A stretch of DNA of 64,000 nucleotides from Camelus dromedarius. Taxonomy: Eukaryota. The stretch covers positions 21,950,001 to 22,014,000 of the forward strand of contig NC_087437.1 in NCBI RefSeq assembly GCF_036321535.1. Reading direction: 5' to 3'. The notes below the pieces were generated by a model that made no database searches, had not been told where the DNA came from, and saw nothing but the letters and a program-made list of their open reading frames with translations. The translations under genes and the position numbers were made by a program. Shown here piece after piece: positions 41,184-54,700 of this stretch (position 1 is its first letter; each line of letters begins with the position of its first letter).

Positions 41184-41559
41184 ATCTAGAAAGAAAGTTA
41201 ATTCAATTCCACTTTTTTCCGGAGTGCACACATGCCCCCAAGGATCCTTATGGACTGGGGATGTTACGGGTTCTTAAGAGTTTGAGCTAATATAACCCTA
41301 CCTAAAATGTACTGGAGAGTTGCCGTGTGTCAGGCACTGAGTAAAATCTTTCATTCATGCACTGAATCCTCACACTACTATGAAGTAAGATATATTTCCA
41401 ACTCGATTTTACAGACGAGGAAATGGAGGGGCCAAGTAAATTTCTAAGATGATAAGACGAAGATATCACGGTGTGAGAAGCAAACCCAGTCCAGATCTGA
41501 TGATGCAAGAGGCCAAGAGCTGCAGTAGGAGGAGGCAGGTGCTTAGAGCATGGACAGGG

Positions 41560-42350
41560 TCAGGACCATCGCCAGGTCTCCTGTAACCTCCCTGGTCCTC
41601 GAGTTTCAGTCCCCGGGACCCCACCGCCATCCCTCCATCCTGCTCGCGCTCTCTGCTTGGCTCCCTCGGGTGGAGGCCGAGGCCGAGGCGCCGATCTCCC
41701 CGAGGTCCAAGCCGACCCCGCCGCCCGCGCCCGCGCCCGCGCCCGCGTCCCGGGGGGACCCACCTGTCCGGCGTCCGCCCTCTCCGCGGCTGCCCCGGGC
41801 GCCGATGCCCCGCGACCTGCGGCCGTTCAAACCTCGGTCCCCTGGTGACCTCTCCCGCGCGCACGCGGGGAGAGCACCCCGCATCCTTCTACTGCTCGAA
41901 ATATATTCCCGAGCCCGCGTCGGCGCTGCAGGAATTCCTGCAAAAAGCCCAGCGAGAGCCATTTTCCTCTCCCTCCCAGCTCCTCATCTCCCCGCCAGCT
42001 CTGCCTGCCTAGGTTCTGAAAGAGGCCTTTCTGGGGATCTTGACCGCTTAGGGGTCATCTCGCCATCTCGAGGGACCAGGGTGTTTGAGTTTGGGATGTG
42101 TGTGTCCACAACTCTTTAGATACCACTCTCTGAAGGGGCAGGATCCCCACTTCCACACCCTCCCCCACAACTTGGGGGTCGAGCTTTTTCTTCCCGGTTG
42201 TCAGGAACTTCAGGCTGCGCCTCCGCAAGGTTGCCTGAGTAGGCAGTCATCCAGCTCCATGGCCGCAGCGGGGACAGTGGGGCCAGAGCACCAGACACAA
42301 CAATCAGGCTGGACGCGAAGATGCCCCCGAACACCTGGGCAGCGATTCCA
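41560..42350. promoter_or_regulatory. Orphan intergenic CpG island
   Basis: Dense CpG/GC core at 41640-41930 with (GCCCGC)n and GC boxes, about 40 kb from PCOLCE2 exon 1 and 14 kb from the PAQR9 stop codon. Confidence 0.8.
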
Positions 42351-43904
42351 GATGCAGCCTCCTGTTTTATAGGAAGGCACTTGTTTAGGATCTCTTAGGA
42401 GGGACTGTGAATAGTCATCAGCTCTTGTTGGGGTGGGACGGTGGGGTGGCAGCAAGCCAGGTAACACTGCGGCTTGACAGATGTCTTTATCAGAACTATT
42501 TATGGCACTGGACAGCAAGGACAGAAAGGAAAATGTTTAGTTTTTAAAGTACCCTGGTATTCATATGACGAGCCCCTTTGTGTTATGCTGGTGTTACGTT
42601 CAGAAAGAAAGGAAGAACTTCATCTTCACCAGACTTGAGTCTGACTCACAAGATAGCTGCGACTCATCCTTCTAGGACAGCTACCCCTGCCACGATGGAG
42701 CAAATGACCGCCCCGGAGCTAAAACTATTCAGTGGACCAGAAGGATGGCGAGACGGTGTAGAATTGCCACCCAGTGCTAAGAAAAGCCCTTAAAGTTTCC
42801 TTTTTAAACTATTATTTTAAAATTCACTTTAGCTTGATTTCTCTTGTGTAACAAAATTTAAGGGACCCTCGAAGATTTATACCGCTTACCCTGGATCTCT
42901 TTATGCTTTCATGTGATAAATAGGCACCTATAAAATAACAAGCTTTGCATCTGGTAAGATGTACGTAACACTGGAGATCAAAATGAGGGGCTTCTGACAG
43001 GATTGCACATATACCATTTTTTATATTTGACCTTTTCTCTGAGATCTAAAAGTGACAAAAGGAAAACACCATAACCGAAAGCAAAAAATCAAATGAAAAC
43101 CAAAAAAGCAAACCAAAACAAACAACAAGAGATAATGAGGACATGCATCTTTTTCTTGCCTTGTTTGCAAGATAAGATCATGGCCTTCTTATAGTTGGTA
43201 TATTATATGCATCTATCTGTAGAAATACTTATTTCCTTAAACTCATTTCTTTCTGTACTTTTGACATTTCTGTGTAACTAAAATATGAATATGACAGAAT
43301 TCTAAACTAATATTTATAGATTACTATCAAAACAGATTTATAGAGAGTAAGGGTGCAATAATACAGTGAACCACTGAATTACGAACAGGAGCAAAAACCC
43401 ACTCAGATCACCTTTAATTAATAATGTAGCTCTTGGTTGCAATGTAAAAGAACTGGGAAAAAATATGTATGTATGTATATGTATAGCTGAATCACTTTGC
43501 TGTACATATGAAATTAACATTGTAAATCAACCACAGTTCAATAACAATAATAATTTAAAAAATGTAGCTCTTAGAGAATTACATTTTGTACTGATAAGTA
43601 TTCACATGCTTTCTCCCTACCTCTGTTTTCTACATATATATTTACAGTTATATAGATTCAGGATAGGAAGGATGGAAATTATGTGAGCAGGCAGGATGTG
43701 GGACTTCTTTTTATTAATCTTATGATTTTAGGAAGTACTTATAAATTGCAAAGTTAATCAGGTTTCTTAAATTTCCACCATCTTTTTGGAATTCTTTCCG
43801 CTCTTAAAAAAAAAAAAAAATTGGAGGTCAGAAACTGATAGTGGACTCCTAAGACAGGAGAGAAAGATATGATTTCCAAAGGCTTCAAAAGTCATGTCAT
43901 GTCT

Positions 43905-44700
43905 ATGAGCAGAATTTCCTTTCTACAGATTTTGAGTAGGTGTTGTATCAGGCACTATGCTCTGTTCCTTTCTCTCCTTTTTCTCTGGTCGTCCCATTAC
44001 ACATATGTTACAATTTTTGTGGTTGTCCCAGAGTTCTTGGATATTCTTTTCCATCTTTTTCTCCAGTCTCTTTGCTTTTCAGTTTTGGAAGTTTCTATGG
44101 ATGTATCCTCAAGCTCATTGATTCTTTCCTGAGCAGTGTCTAGTCTGCTAATGAGTCCATCAAAGGCATTTTTTTCACTTCTGTCACAATGTTTTTGATT
44201 TCTAGCATTTATTTTTGATTCTTTCTTAGAATTTCCATCTCTTTGCTTACAATTAGCCATCTGTTCTTGCATGTTGTTGACTTTTTCTATTAGAGCCTTT
44301 AGCATCATTGCTTTAAATTCCTAGTCTGAGAATTCCAACACTCCTGCCTTAACTGAGTCTGGTTCTGATGCTTGCTTCTGGCCCTTCAAACTGTTTTTTG
44401 CCTTCTAGTAGCCTTGTAATTTTTAATTTAAAACTAGACTTGATGTGCATCAGTAAAAGGAACCCAGTACTTGTTCCCACAGAAGTTTCTGACTGTGGAT
44501 TCCTAACGTGATAAGTTTTAATTCTCTGTATCCACCTGTCTGGATCTCTACTTTTGAGGACAGTGGTTTGCCCCATAATCTCACTTCTCCGATAAATCCA
44601 AGAAGAGTTGTTGACATTTTGTTTTATTCATATTTTTAGTTGTTGTTAAGACAGAGTGACAATTTGTAAGCTTCTTACATGCCAGACCAGACACTGGAAG
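43905..44700 (-). mobile_element. Old L1 fragment containing ORF1 coiled-coil remnant
   Basis: ORF 43997-44308 contains KNAFDGLISRLDTAQERINELED, typical of L1 ORF1p. Confidence 0.85.
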
Positions 44701-44729
44701 TCCTCAGTCAATATTCTTTAGTTGGAGGC

Positions 44730-44862
44730 AGGGGGAGGGTATAACTCAGTGATAAGGTGCATGGTGCTTAACATGCATGAAGTCCTGGGTTCAATCCCCA
44801 GTACCTCTATTAAAAAAAAAAAAAAAATCTAATTACCTCTCCCTCCAAAACCGACAACAAAA
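44730..44862 (+). mobile_element. tRNA-Ala-derived camelid SINE with target-site duplication
   Basis: SINE body plus A tail, flanked by attctttagttg at about 44713 and 44865. Confidence 0.85.
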
Positions 44863-47800
44863 GAATTCTTTAGTTGCAGGAAATGTAAACCTTCTGGCTA
44901 ACATAAAAAGAAAAAAAGAAATAATTTATTGAAGACTATGGATGGCTCACAGAATTGCATGAAAGCATGTGCAGGGAAGTCGTGGTAAGTACAGAATCTA
45001 AAGAAGCTCCGGGCTTGCAGGCCTACCTTGGGTCACATGCGAGTCCCACCTCCCCACCCCAGCCAAGGATAGCAGTCCCACCAAGGTTCAGAGAGGGACT
45101 CTCCCTAAAAGGAAATTTAGGGTACTGCTAGAGAAAGGAGGGGGAATGCATTACAGGGATAGAAGGAAGCCAAGGGAAAGAGAAAACCAAGCAGCTGCTG
45201 GCTCACTTCTGAGTGCCTTTCACTAGGATGGAGGACTACAATTAATTTTTTACATCAGGCACTTGTAGGCTTCCTCTCCAATGTTATAATTCTGTGTATT
45301 TTTATATTTAATGGGTTTTTGGTGATTAGGAGCTGAATCTCAATATAAAAATTATATAAACTAGGCTGATAAATGGGAATGTCTCTTACTATTTTATGGG
45401 TTTTGTTATTTTAGATTTCTTTTACTTGATGTATATGCTGAGTATGCATATTATGGCTCCTTTCATCTATTTAAAGTCAACATTAAGGGAAAAAAAAAAA
45501 CCTAGGTAGTTCTTTTTCCCATGTTCCTTTTTTCCTTTGAAATAGAATCTAACTCTCTGAAGAAGCTGCCTGATCCAGAATCTGCTTTGTCTTCCAAGGA
45601 GACTTAAAGGTAAAGAATCAGAGGCTTAATAGACTACTTGCCAATGATTGGTTTGGGGAATAAAGAGCTATAGCTTCCCATTTCCAGCACTCCTCATCAC
45701 CATCTTTCTCTGCTTAGCTGATGTATCAATTTGGCATCAGTTGCAGACAACAGAATCCACTCAAGCTACACAAGCTACTTGAGGCTGAAGAGGATTAGTT
45801 AACAGGCACTTGTTGGCTAGAAACCCACTGGAAGGACTGGAGGAGTAGCAGGTTGAGCTTCCTGGGGCAAGAATGACAATGCCTCTGCTGCGAGTCAGAG
45901 AGCTGACAGGAAGTAGCAGAATCAGGCTGCTAAGTGAGCCCCCAAGGTATACTACCGTAGATGGTCTGTGTTCACACTTTGAGAAAATTGATGTCAGGCA
46001 TGACCAGGGAAAGAGAAGTCAGCAAAAGAGGCTATGAAAGAGTAGTCACAGAGGTAGGAGGGAATCCAGGGAGTATGGGGTCACAGAAGCCAAGGGAAGA
46101 GTTTCAGCAGAAGGGAATGGAAAAGAGGATCTAAGAAACACCCAGGAGTCAATAAGGAGGAGGTTGGAAATCTTGTAAGAACTGTTCTAGTGAGATTAAT
46201 GAAGCCAGAATGCAGTGGGTGAAGGAGTGAGTGGGAGGTATGAAAACAAAGACAAGTGTACACCACTCTTGCAAAAAGCCTGGCTGTGAAGGAGGAGAGA
46301 GCAGGGGGTGGCTGCTAGAGTGTGACACAGTGGGGAGAGGGTGACTCTTTTTGTAGAAGAAGGGAGAGACTAGTAGCACATTTTAAAACATTCAGAGGAA
46401 AAACCATATTGAGTAGAAGTAGTTGAACACACAGGAGACAATGTGCAGTAGATGGGGTGTGAAGAGATGGAAATGGTTAGGATGAGAGATTTGAGAAGTG
46501 GGAGTGAGAGGATCAAAGAGATGAAATACTTGCGATGGGGAACAGGAGGGTCCCTGGGCAGCACTGAGCCCTAATATAGAAATTTAAGAATGAATTATTT
46601 CAAACATCTAATATGCAGACCCTAAAATATGGAATTGTCTGAGTGAAGGCGGAATGGGGGTATGCAAATCCTATTATACATTCCTAGGATGTTAGCAAAC
46701 CATATGGATCAGTTAAGATGCTTCTGATTATATGCAATAAATACAACTTAAACTAGATTGTATAACGAAGGGAATGTATTGACTCATAAGGAAAAGTTTA
46801 AAAATGGGTAGGCTTCAGGCACAGATTGATCAAGGCTCCCTTTGTGCTTTACTCTATTTGGCCCCACTCCATGTTCTGGTTTTATTCTTGTTCTGGCTTC
46901 TCTCAGGGTTACATTTGGACAGGCAGCAGCAGTCAGGATTAGGGATTCCAGAAAAAATTGGAACCACAAAGGAAGAGTGGGGAGAGAAGGGTAGGAAAAA
47001 AATACCTGCCTTCTTCCTTCCATCCAATCCCCCACCATTTCTCCCCTTCGCAGGACCTAACAAAAAGTCAAGGGAAGGAGGCCTAGAATCAGCTCCAGCA
47101 CAGAACAAATGATGGGAAAGATGGGGAAATGGATCCAAAGGCAAACAGGCAGATATCTGGCACAGGCCCAGGAGATGAAGTGGCCTTGGAGTGAGGTAGA
47201 CAGAGATCCTCCCAGCACATGGAACCTGAGGAGCTCAGCCCACAGCCAGCTCATGGAGGGCTTGTCCTTCCGACATCAAGGGAGGTACAGCTGCCATGTG
47301 CTGGTGGCACAGCATGCTATTAGAAGTGTATGCTGTTGTGAGTGGGAGTTTGTCTCTCAGTGATCCTGTTCTTCTCTGCCATTGTGCATTGAGTTGGGGG
47401 GGGGGGTGGCTGAATGTCTTGCTGAAAGAAATTCATTAACATGGAGATCCTGGCTGTCGGGAGGTGGCTGTAGCTCTAAACGAGGACTTCGGGTTGACTT
47501 GGGGAAAAGGGGCAAGAACACAGATTACACAGGTAGCATCTGTATTTCCCATGGCAAGCATAGAGAGAATGGAAAGTGTGAGCTAACCAGCCAGGCACTG
47601 GGCTGTGGTTGCTATAGTTCTGGGTTTCAGGCAGGATTTCCCTCCTTCCTTCTGTAACCAGGTGCTCCAGAACTTGGACGGCAAGCCCACATTGGTAAGA
47701 CACTGGGCTTGGACAAGTACTTTACATAGTACCCATCAGCCCAAACCTTCAGTCTCCCATCGTCCTTGTCCTCATGCTCCCCAGAAGTGGGGATTACAGA

Positions 47801-48764
47801 GGTATGTCTGTGTACAGACAGCCAAGGGGATGGATGATGCGGTGGACAGCTGTTGTTTTTGTCTGCCCATCACCCTTTCCTTTGGGGAAATAATCTTTCC
47901 CCTCTCCATGGTTCTGGAAAGGGCTGTAAATCACAAGCACCCGTACCCTCGGTCACCTGAAGAGCCATGTGACCTAAGCCAAACCAATCAGATACTCTCT
48001 CTCAGGAATCTGATTTGAGGACAGGTATAACAGGGTCAGAAAACAGCTGAAGTTGGTCTCTCTGGTAGCAGTACCCTGGGGAGCCGCTGACTTGGGGCAG
48101 GAGTTCCCAGCTGGAGTCTCCAGTTCTGCCCTGGTCTTTGACCTTCCTGAGGTCAGCTCTGTGCATTCTGGGAACTCCCCAGTATCCTGCCTATGAACCT
48201 TTACATGCTGAATTCAGAGATTTTTCTGTTCCTCGTAACCAAAAACCCCTACCTGAAACAAAAGTCAACATGATTTAAAGGCTTAGCAATCACCACAGAG
48301 CTTAAGAACTGAAGTTGAATCTCCCTTGCGAATATTATTTGGGACCGAGACGATGCAAAGTTACGCATATCACAGGGTTCTGGGGCAGGCTGCATTTGCA
48401 CAGAAGTCTGTGGACCACATGTACCCTTGAAAAATAGTGAGGTGTCAGGAAAAGCTTCATTACTGGGATAATGTAAGTATTTTCTTAGATGATATGGTTT
48501 CAAAGAAACTCATGACTTTTCTTTTTCATTTAACTAAAACTGTAAAGGTAATATCCTAACGGTGCTTCTTCAGGAAAAACTTACATTCTTCCCTTCTGCC
48601 TGCTGATATTGGTAAGAAAAATCTTGTTGTTTCTTTTTTTTTTTATCATGTTTATTAGTGTCATACATACTATTAATTTAGGAATAATCTGTTGGCTGAA
48701 GGATATCTTCTGAACATACACAGAGTCATACAAATGCAGTCCTAAACACGATGCTTACAAATAA

Positions 48765-51700
48765 TTTATTCTTATTCCATACATTTGTTTTTTCAGCAAA
48801 AAAATGCATAGTTGATTGTTTCTACAGATTTTCATATTCAAGATCGTAGGGAACAAATGTCTCAGAAAACCAAAATCATAGCAAACTATACAACAGAAAT
48901 GAGTCACGATTTTGTTCAGTTACATGCACAGAACTGACCAAGTGATATCTGTTTCTATGGAATATTTCCCTTAATTTATCAGGTAATGTGGAATTATGAT
49001 TAAATAATGCTTTTCTGGCAGAATTCACCAACGGTTTGAAACCACACTGTAGTCCCTGCTGGAAGTCCACACATCCCAAGAAAGCATCGCCAGCTTGCTA
49101 AACACGGCTGTTTAGGATGTAGGTGGCGACTGGAGTTAAGGTAGCCTAAGAAGAATTGATTTAGCAAACAGTGGGAAAACATTGTTCAGTTTCTTTATTC
49201 GTGCCTGCATCATCTTTTACTTCCTTCTTCCTCCACTATCACCATTAAATGAACTTAAAAAAACAAAACAAAACACTGACACCAGGAGGTCTCTATTTGG
49301 TCACTATTAAATCCTCCCTCTGCCTCTGCCCTGAGGAAAAAAAAATGAGTATGGCCCTTCAACTAATGCCCTTTACTGCAAAAGGGGACCTGCTGGTTGT
49401 ACATTCTGGTAAATCTGAGTACAGTAATTGTGTTTAAATCCTTCGTTTAGAAATGGATGAACTTCCTAAGGCAGATGGTTTGAGAAGGCTTAAATACACA
49501 GGGGGCATCCTTTTAGAAACCTTCCATCTTCAAGGCTGAGTTTGTGGAAAGTGAAGGCTTCAGGGCTGACGGACATGGTCTGGTAGAAGGCTGAAACGGG
49601 GAGAGTTCAGGGCTTCCATGCGCTTTACTCAGAGGAAAGCGTGGCCACGGCATCCCCCGACCCGTCCCCCAGCCCTGAAACACAGACAGCATTTTCCTGG
49701 CCTGTGGGATGATGGCTGGGGTATTATTCTTCTTTTTGCTCCAAAGAAACACGGAGCAGAGAGTCTGCGGCAGCACATTTCACTGGCTGTGATATTCACT
49801 GTGATTGCACCCCCATTAAAGTCAACTGAGCCTCATTTCTTTCTTGCCTGGGTACTCAGTTGCTTAGTTGGAATCATTTGGCTCATAGCATCCATAAAAG
49901 AAAAGCTCTGTAGAAAATTAGACCCTCTGTGCTAAGCCTTGCTGGGAGAGTGAATTTAATGAAGTTTCTAACTATAATTTTAAAAAGACTTAAATTTAGC
50001 CTTGTTACACACCTATGACATAACTGACCTATTTTCTTCTTTTTTAAAAAAGGGTTTTATCCTTCTTGAAACTATACATTATTTACATTTTTAAAGACCT
50101 ACTAGGTCTTTATCATTTGGGTAAGAGCTCAAGGTGATTAAACTCCCAGGACAAAAGATGAGGCTTTCCAAAAAGCTCGGTTCTCATCTATGTGCTAAGG
50201 CCTGTTTTTACAAACAAACTGCTGCTATAAACTTTTAAAATATAAAATTAGAATACTTCTCTAAAAATTTTTCCTGTTAAGTTTTCTTTTTTGCATCCAG
50301 CATATTAAAAACAGATCATGCTTTCTAACTAGAGATGGAACTAACAGAAGAAATGAAATTAACATTTCCCTGTCCTCCCTTCATCCAGAAACGAGGGTTT
50401 ATTTACATGGTGTCCTTTCTCAATGTTGGGGTGAGCCGTGAGGAACAGGGCTGTCTCTACAGCTTGGTTAAAAAACCAACTGAAGACCCTCCGCTCCTAC
50501 TTGAGTGCTTATTGCATATTTTAGGTGGAGTATAAGGCATGAGAAAGGTGGCCAGCCACTTTTACACATTCGAGAATAATTCTGCACAATCAAGAAGTGC
50601 CACGTTTGCAATAGCTTTCAGAGATTGTTCAAGAACAAGAAGTATCAAAGATCATGCATTTCATTTAGAAGCACAATACATTGGAGAACATTTTCAAAAG
50701 CTCAAACCAAAAGCTGTTCTCCATGGAGGTAAATAGTCAATAAGTGAGCATTTTGCTGCATCTAGGTATGTGTTCAGAGCCTTCCGAAGTCACATCCTGC
50801 CACAATTAACAGCCAAATGAGCATTTTTGGCCTCGACCTATAAATAAACACTCTAATTCTGCAACGCACTCACAGACTCTTTAAGAAGCTGGTCTGAAAA
50901 AAAAGCCCACCAACTGGTTAGAAATCTGCAAACCAGAAATACAATCCATTTGTCCTTTTTTAACGGCAATAAAAATTTGTACTAGTTTTGGAATAGTGAC
51001 TAAGAAGAGTGGACATCCATTTTCACAATGAAGAAATAATTATTCATCATTATTGAAGGAATAAAATCTTCAGTAGGAAGATGTGCGTCCCATCACAATG
51101 GAATACAGTGGTGCTCAGCGTCCACCAACGACTGCTTCCTTTTTTCCGTTTATCTAGACTTGTGCGCTTTTTCTCTGGCGACATGTCAGAGAATATTGGC
51201 AATCCTTCAAGAAAACGACTCAAAAGGTGATTTACAATTGGCTGGTGCTACCTCCTAATGCCTTTTTGCTTTATGCCTTAATTTTATCAAAACAAATTAA
51301 GGACATTAAACCAGAGGTAAGTGTGCTACTCAAAATATACCTAGGCACTAGAGCTCAGGTATATTGCTACAGGATGTGGTCAGGCTGCCAAACAGAATTC
51401 CTCGCTTGCCTATTTGAGTGCTAATGCCATGGAGGTGCACATGCTTTTCCAGGGACAAAATATCAAATTGTTTATGGTTGAACTTATTGTCCCACTCTAA
51501 TTGTTTGAATCTAATCCTCCTGGTTCCCTGCTTCCCACATCTTCTTCCTATTTTAACATCTGATACTTTTTCGTTATAATTCCCTCCAGATTAATTTTTT
51601 TTCTATGACAGTTTTCATAGGTTACGACACAAAGACCTTAAAAGAGGGAAAAGGCTAAAGAACATGAGTTAATGTTAGCTAATCTTTGGAGATAGCAGCA

Positions 51701-54700
51701 TTTAAGCTCGCTTGTTTGTTAGCTCGCATTTTTTAAAACTTCATCATGCTATCTATGAAATGCAGACAGTTCATGATGACGTCGCAGTTTAGGCACTTTG
51801 GATGAACCTTGCTTCATAGTGCTGTGAATACTACTAACCTTCCAAAAGTGATCGATAGTAGTGTCTTTGTTAATTAGGAGTCACAATAAATTTTTCAACA
51901 TTTACGTATGCCTGCTCTCCCTTCATGTGGATTATACATTGACCTTTCTAGTTATTTTTACCAATAAAATTCACATAGGCCTAGAAGCAGATAGAAAAAA
52001 AAAATAAAGAAATTGACTGTGGGTAAGTTAGCATGTTAATTGAAATAAAATACTATGCATAGCTCTTAAGCTAACAGACAGAGAAACAACCAAGCTCAGC
52101 GGCTTAGGCACCGTGCTCACGGCCAGGGCCAGAGCTTGGTCCCTGGCCAGAGGGCCTTTCTGGTGCACCTACGTCTCTCCCACCAGCAGACAAAAGGGTA
52201 ACCGCTGTAATCGTACGGATGGATCCTTGCCTTGCCTTACATGCAAAAGCTGCTCAGTGATCACTAAAGGGGTTACATAAACCAACAAATGAAAAGCAAT
52301 GGAAAGGACCCTGACAGAGTGAAGTCAGAGATGGCAAACTTCAACAGATGAACAATCCAAGGAGATAAAAACTACCTAAGTGGCTGATCACATTTTAAAA
52401 CTTAAATTCAAGGATAGCCATATTTTACTTTGCTCTGTTTTATAATTAAAGGGTCATTTAAGGGGAAAAAAATATATATATCCAATTAGTGTTGATGTAC
52501 TTGGCCAGGCATCACAGCCATGCGAACTATGAAGCACACCATCACCTCCACATTCTAACTCTGTCACCTTGGACCAGCGGTATAAGCTTGAAATGAAGAT
52601 AACTCCTCCTGTACTTGTTTCCTGCTATAGCTTTGTGCAGATTAAATAAAGTTGTGAAGAGATTTGAAGATTAGAAATCCCTGTTTATTATTGCTGTTGG
52701 CTCTCCAATTCAGCACCAAATTAGAAAAAAATTACTAATAATCACCACCATCCCCCAATTTTGCAGTCTTCAAAATGATGATGAAATTAGGTGAAATGGT
52801 TTTTGACTGCCATCACTTAGAGGCAGGACTTATGAATGGAAACACAAGAGGGCCACTCAGGCCAGCTCTGAAGCCCCATCCTTTCTTCCTGGGCTATTTA
52901 TAGAAAGTGTATGGCCAGTGGAAAACATCACGTTTATTTTTACAAGCCAGCCATGACGTGACCAAAGAACTCACTTCCTCTCTCTGGGAAGGTCATCCTC
53001 TTCACCTGAAGGTGCAGATACAAGAACGAGAGAAGAAAGGACCCCCCCTCCACCTTCCTTAGCCATCTAAATCAGCCTGAGTCAACCTCAGAGACCAACC
53101 CACAGGGTGACAGGCATGGAAGTCAAACACCCTCATTTCCCAGGCATGACTCTCTGATTCTGCTCTTTGAGATGTCATCTAGATCATGACTAACACGGGA
53201 AAAGAAGATGCATTACATAATAGGCTTCAAAATTCTACTGCCAAAATCGTTGGTACAGAGAGAATGGAGTCATTTGTCCTACATTTCAAACAGCTAACCA
53301 CAATCAACCAAGCCTGAATTTTAAAGGATGTGGCAAAATGGACAGAGTGAAAAAATATTTTAAAAGAGATTTTATCCAGCTTGCCCTAGTACCCCTGAAA
53401 TATGTAATATACCTGGATAGCTCCATGTGAATGTGGAGACAGAGTAAGTATTTGCTGATTCTAAAATATCATTTATCCTGACAGAAATCCGATAAAATTT
53501 AGCAAATAACACCTAAAGCTGCACACATCATCCCTGGTCTTAGGCAGTGTATACAGTACCTATTTGGAGACATGAAATGAAGCCAAACCGCTGTTTTCAA
53601 CTAGAATGTCCTCTGTCAATGTTGTGTGTGGTCTATAAAAGCTAAGGTGGAATGAGAAAGGGGAAGTGCAGGAAGGAAAAGTCTAGGAAGTAAAGTGAGC
53701 TTTCGCTGCTGAAACCTTCCAGGAGAAAAGCGTGTCATCTTACTGGGCTCATGCATCATAATCACTGGAAAGTGATATGGGTATAATTTTATCCTTAAGT
53801 GGCCTCTGCTTAAGGACAAAGACACAGAGCAAGAAGAGAATTCCGTCTGAGGACCCGGAAGTTCTCCAACAAAAATTTAAAATGACAGATACAGGGTTTA
53901 TTTCCTGTTCTCAAACTCATCGACTCTTTTCTAACAGTCTGTCTCTAGAAAGTTTCTTTTGAAAAAGAAGGTCCCATTTTACAAGGAGGATCCAAAATAC
54001 TCCTCAACCTGTTTTTCTAGTCACCAAACTAACAGTCTCTGGGGCTCCAGAAGAGACAACAATGACATGCAAGTTAAGTTTGCCTGTGGAAACATCCTGA
54101 TTTCCACAGTTGTCCTTGAATGCAGGTACTGAATTACTTCACAGCTGAGGAATAACAACTGTGGCAGGCACAATTATTCAGCCTCTGTAACCTGAAAAGA
54201 ATCTCTTGCACTTTGCGAAAGAGACACTGACACCCATCAGCAAACGTGCAAAGTGTTATTTGTGATCCCATTAAGAAGTCCTAAGTTAAATATAGCCATA
54301 TATAGTTATCTTCTGTATGCAAATGAACACACAAGGATACTGGTTCCTCCGGGGAATTGTGCTGAGCCTCCCTGTTTACAAATACAGTAGGGATTAAAAG
54401 CATAAACAAAAACAGCAGTCTTGGTAGGAGTGCCAGCCTACCGCTGCTGAGGTAAGTGTTCATCCACCTTATGTGCTTTATCTAAATCATACCACTGAAG
54501 TCAAGGCTTCCTCATTCAATGACTTATTCGGCTCTTAACCAAAAAAACTTGTCAGGAAGTGCGATAAGTATTTAAATTAGCCAACTTCGTGGTTTGTGTT
54601 CATCTAGAGTTGCCACTTCAGGTCCTGGTTAGCGCTTATTCTCGTAACACTGGCCAATGTGGTTGTCAGACAGGATCTCAGGAGCGTGTTCACTAATTTT

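Larger units (their letters stand above)
35790..41962 (-). pseudogene. Candidate decayed multi-exon TPR-repeat protein gene (unitary pseudogene)
   Basis: Exon-like remnants at 41962-41764, 40662-40561, 40348-40267, 39759-38223, 37711-37622, 37091-36925, 36544-36496 and 35999-35918/35790, with AG/GT boundaries and mostly matching phases. TPR-like FKTAILCYEETIKI(N)PSH. Stops, frameshifts and a MER58 insertion. Confidence 0.55.

Noticed and set aside
41925..41937. GCTGCAGGAATTC resembling a cloning-vector PstI-EcoRI polylinker
   Set aside because: Only 13 bp, and flanks do not continue as vector sequence.
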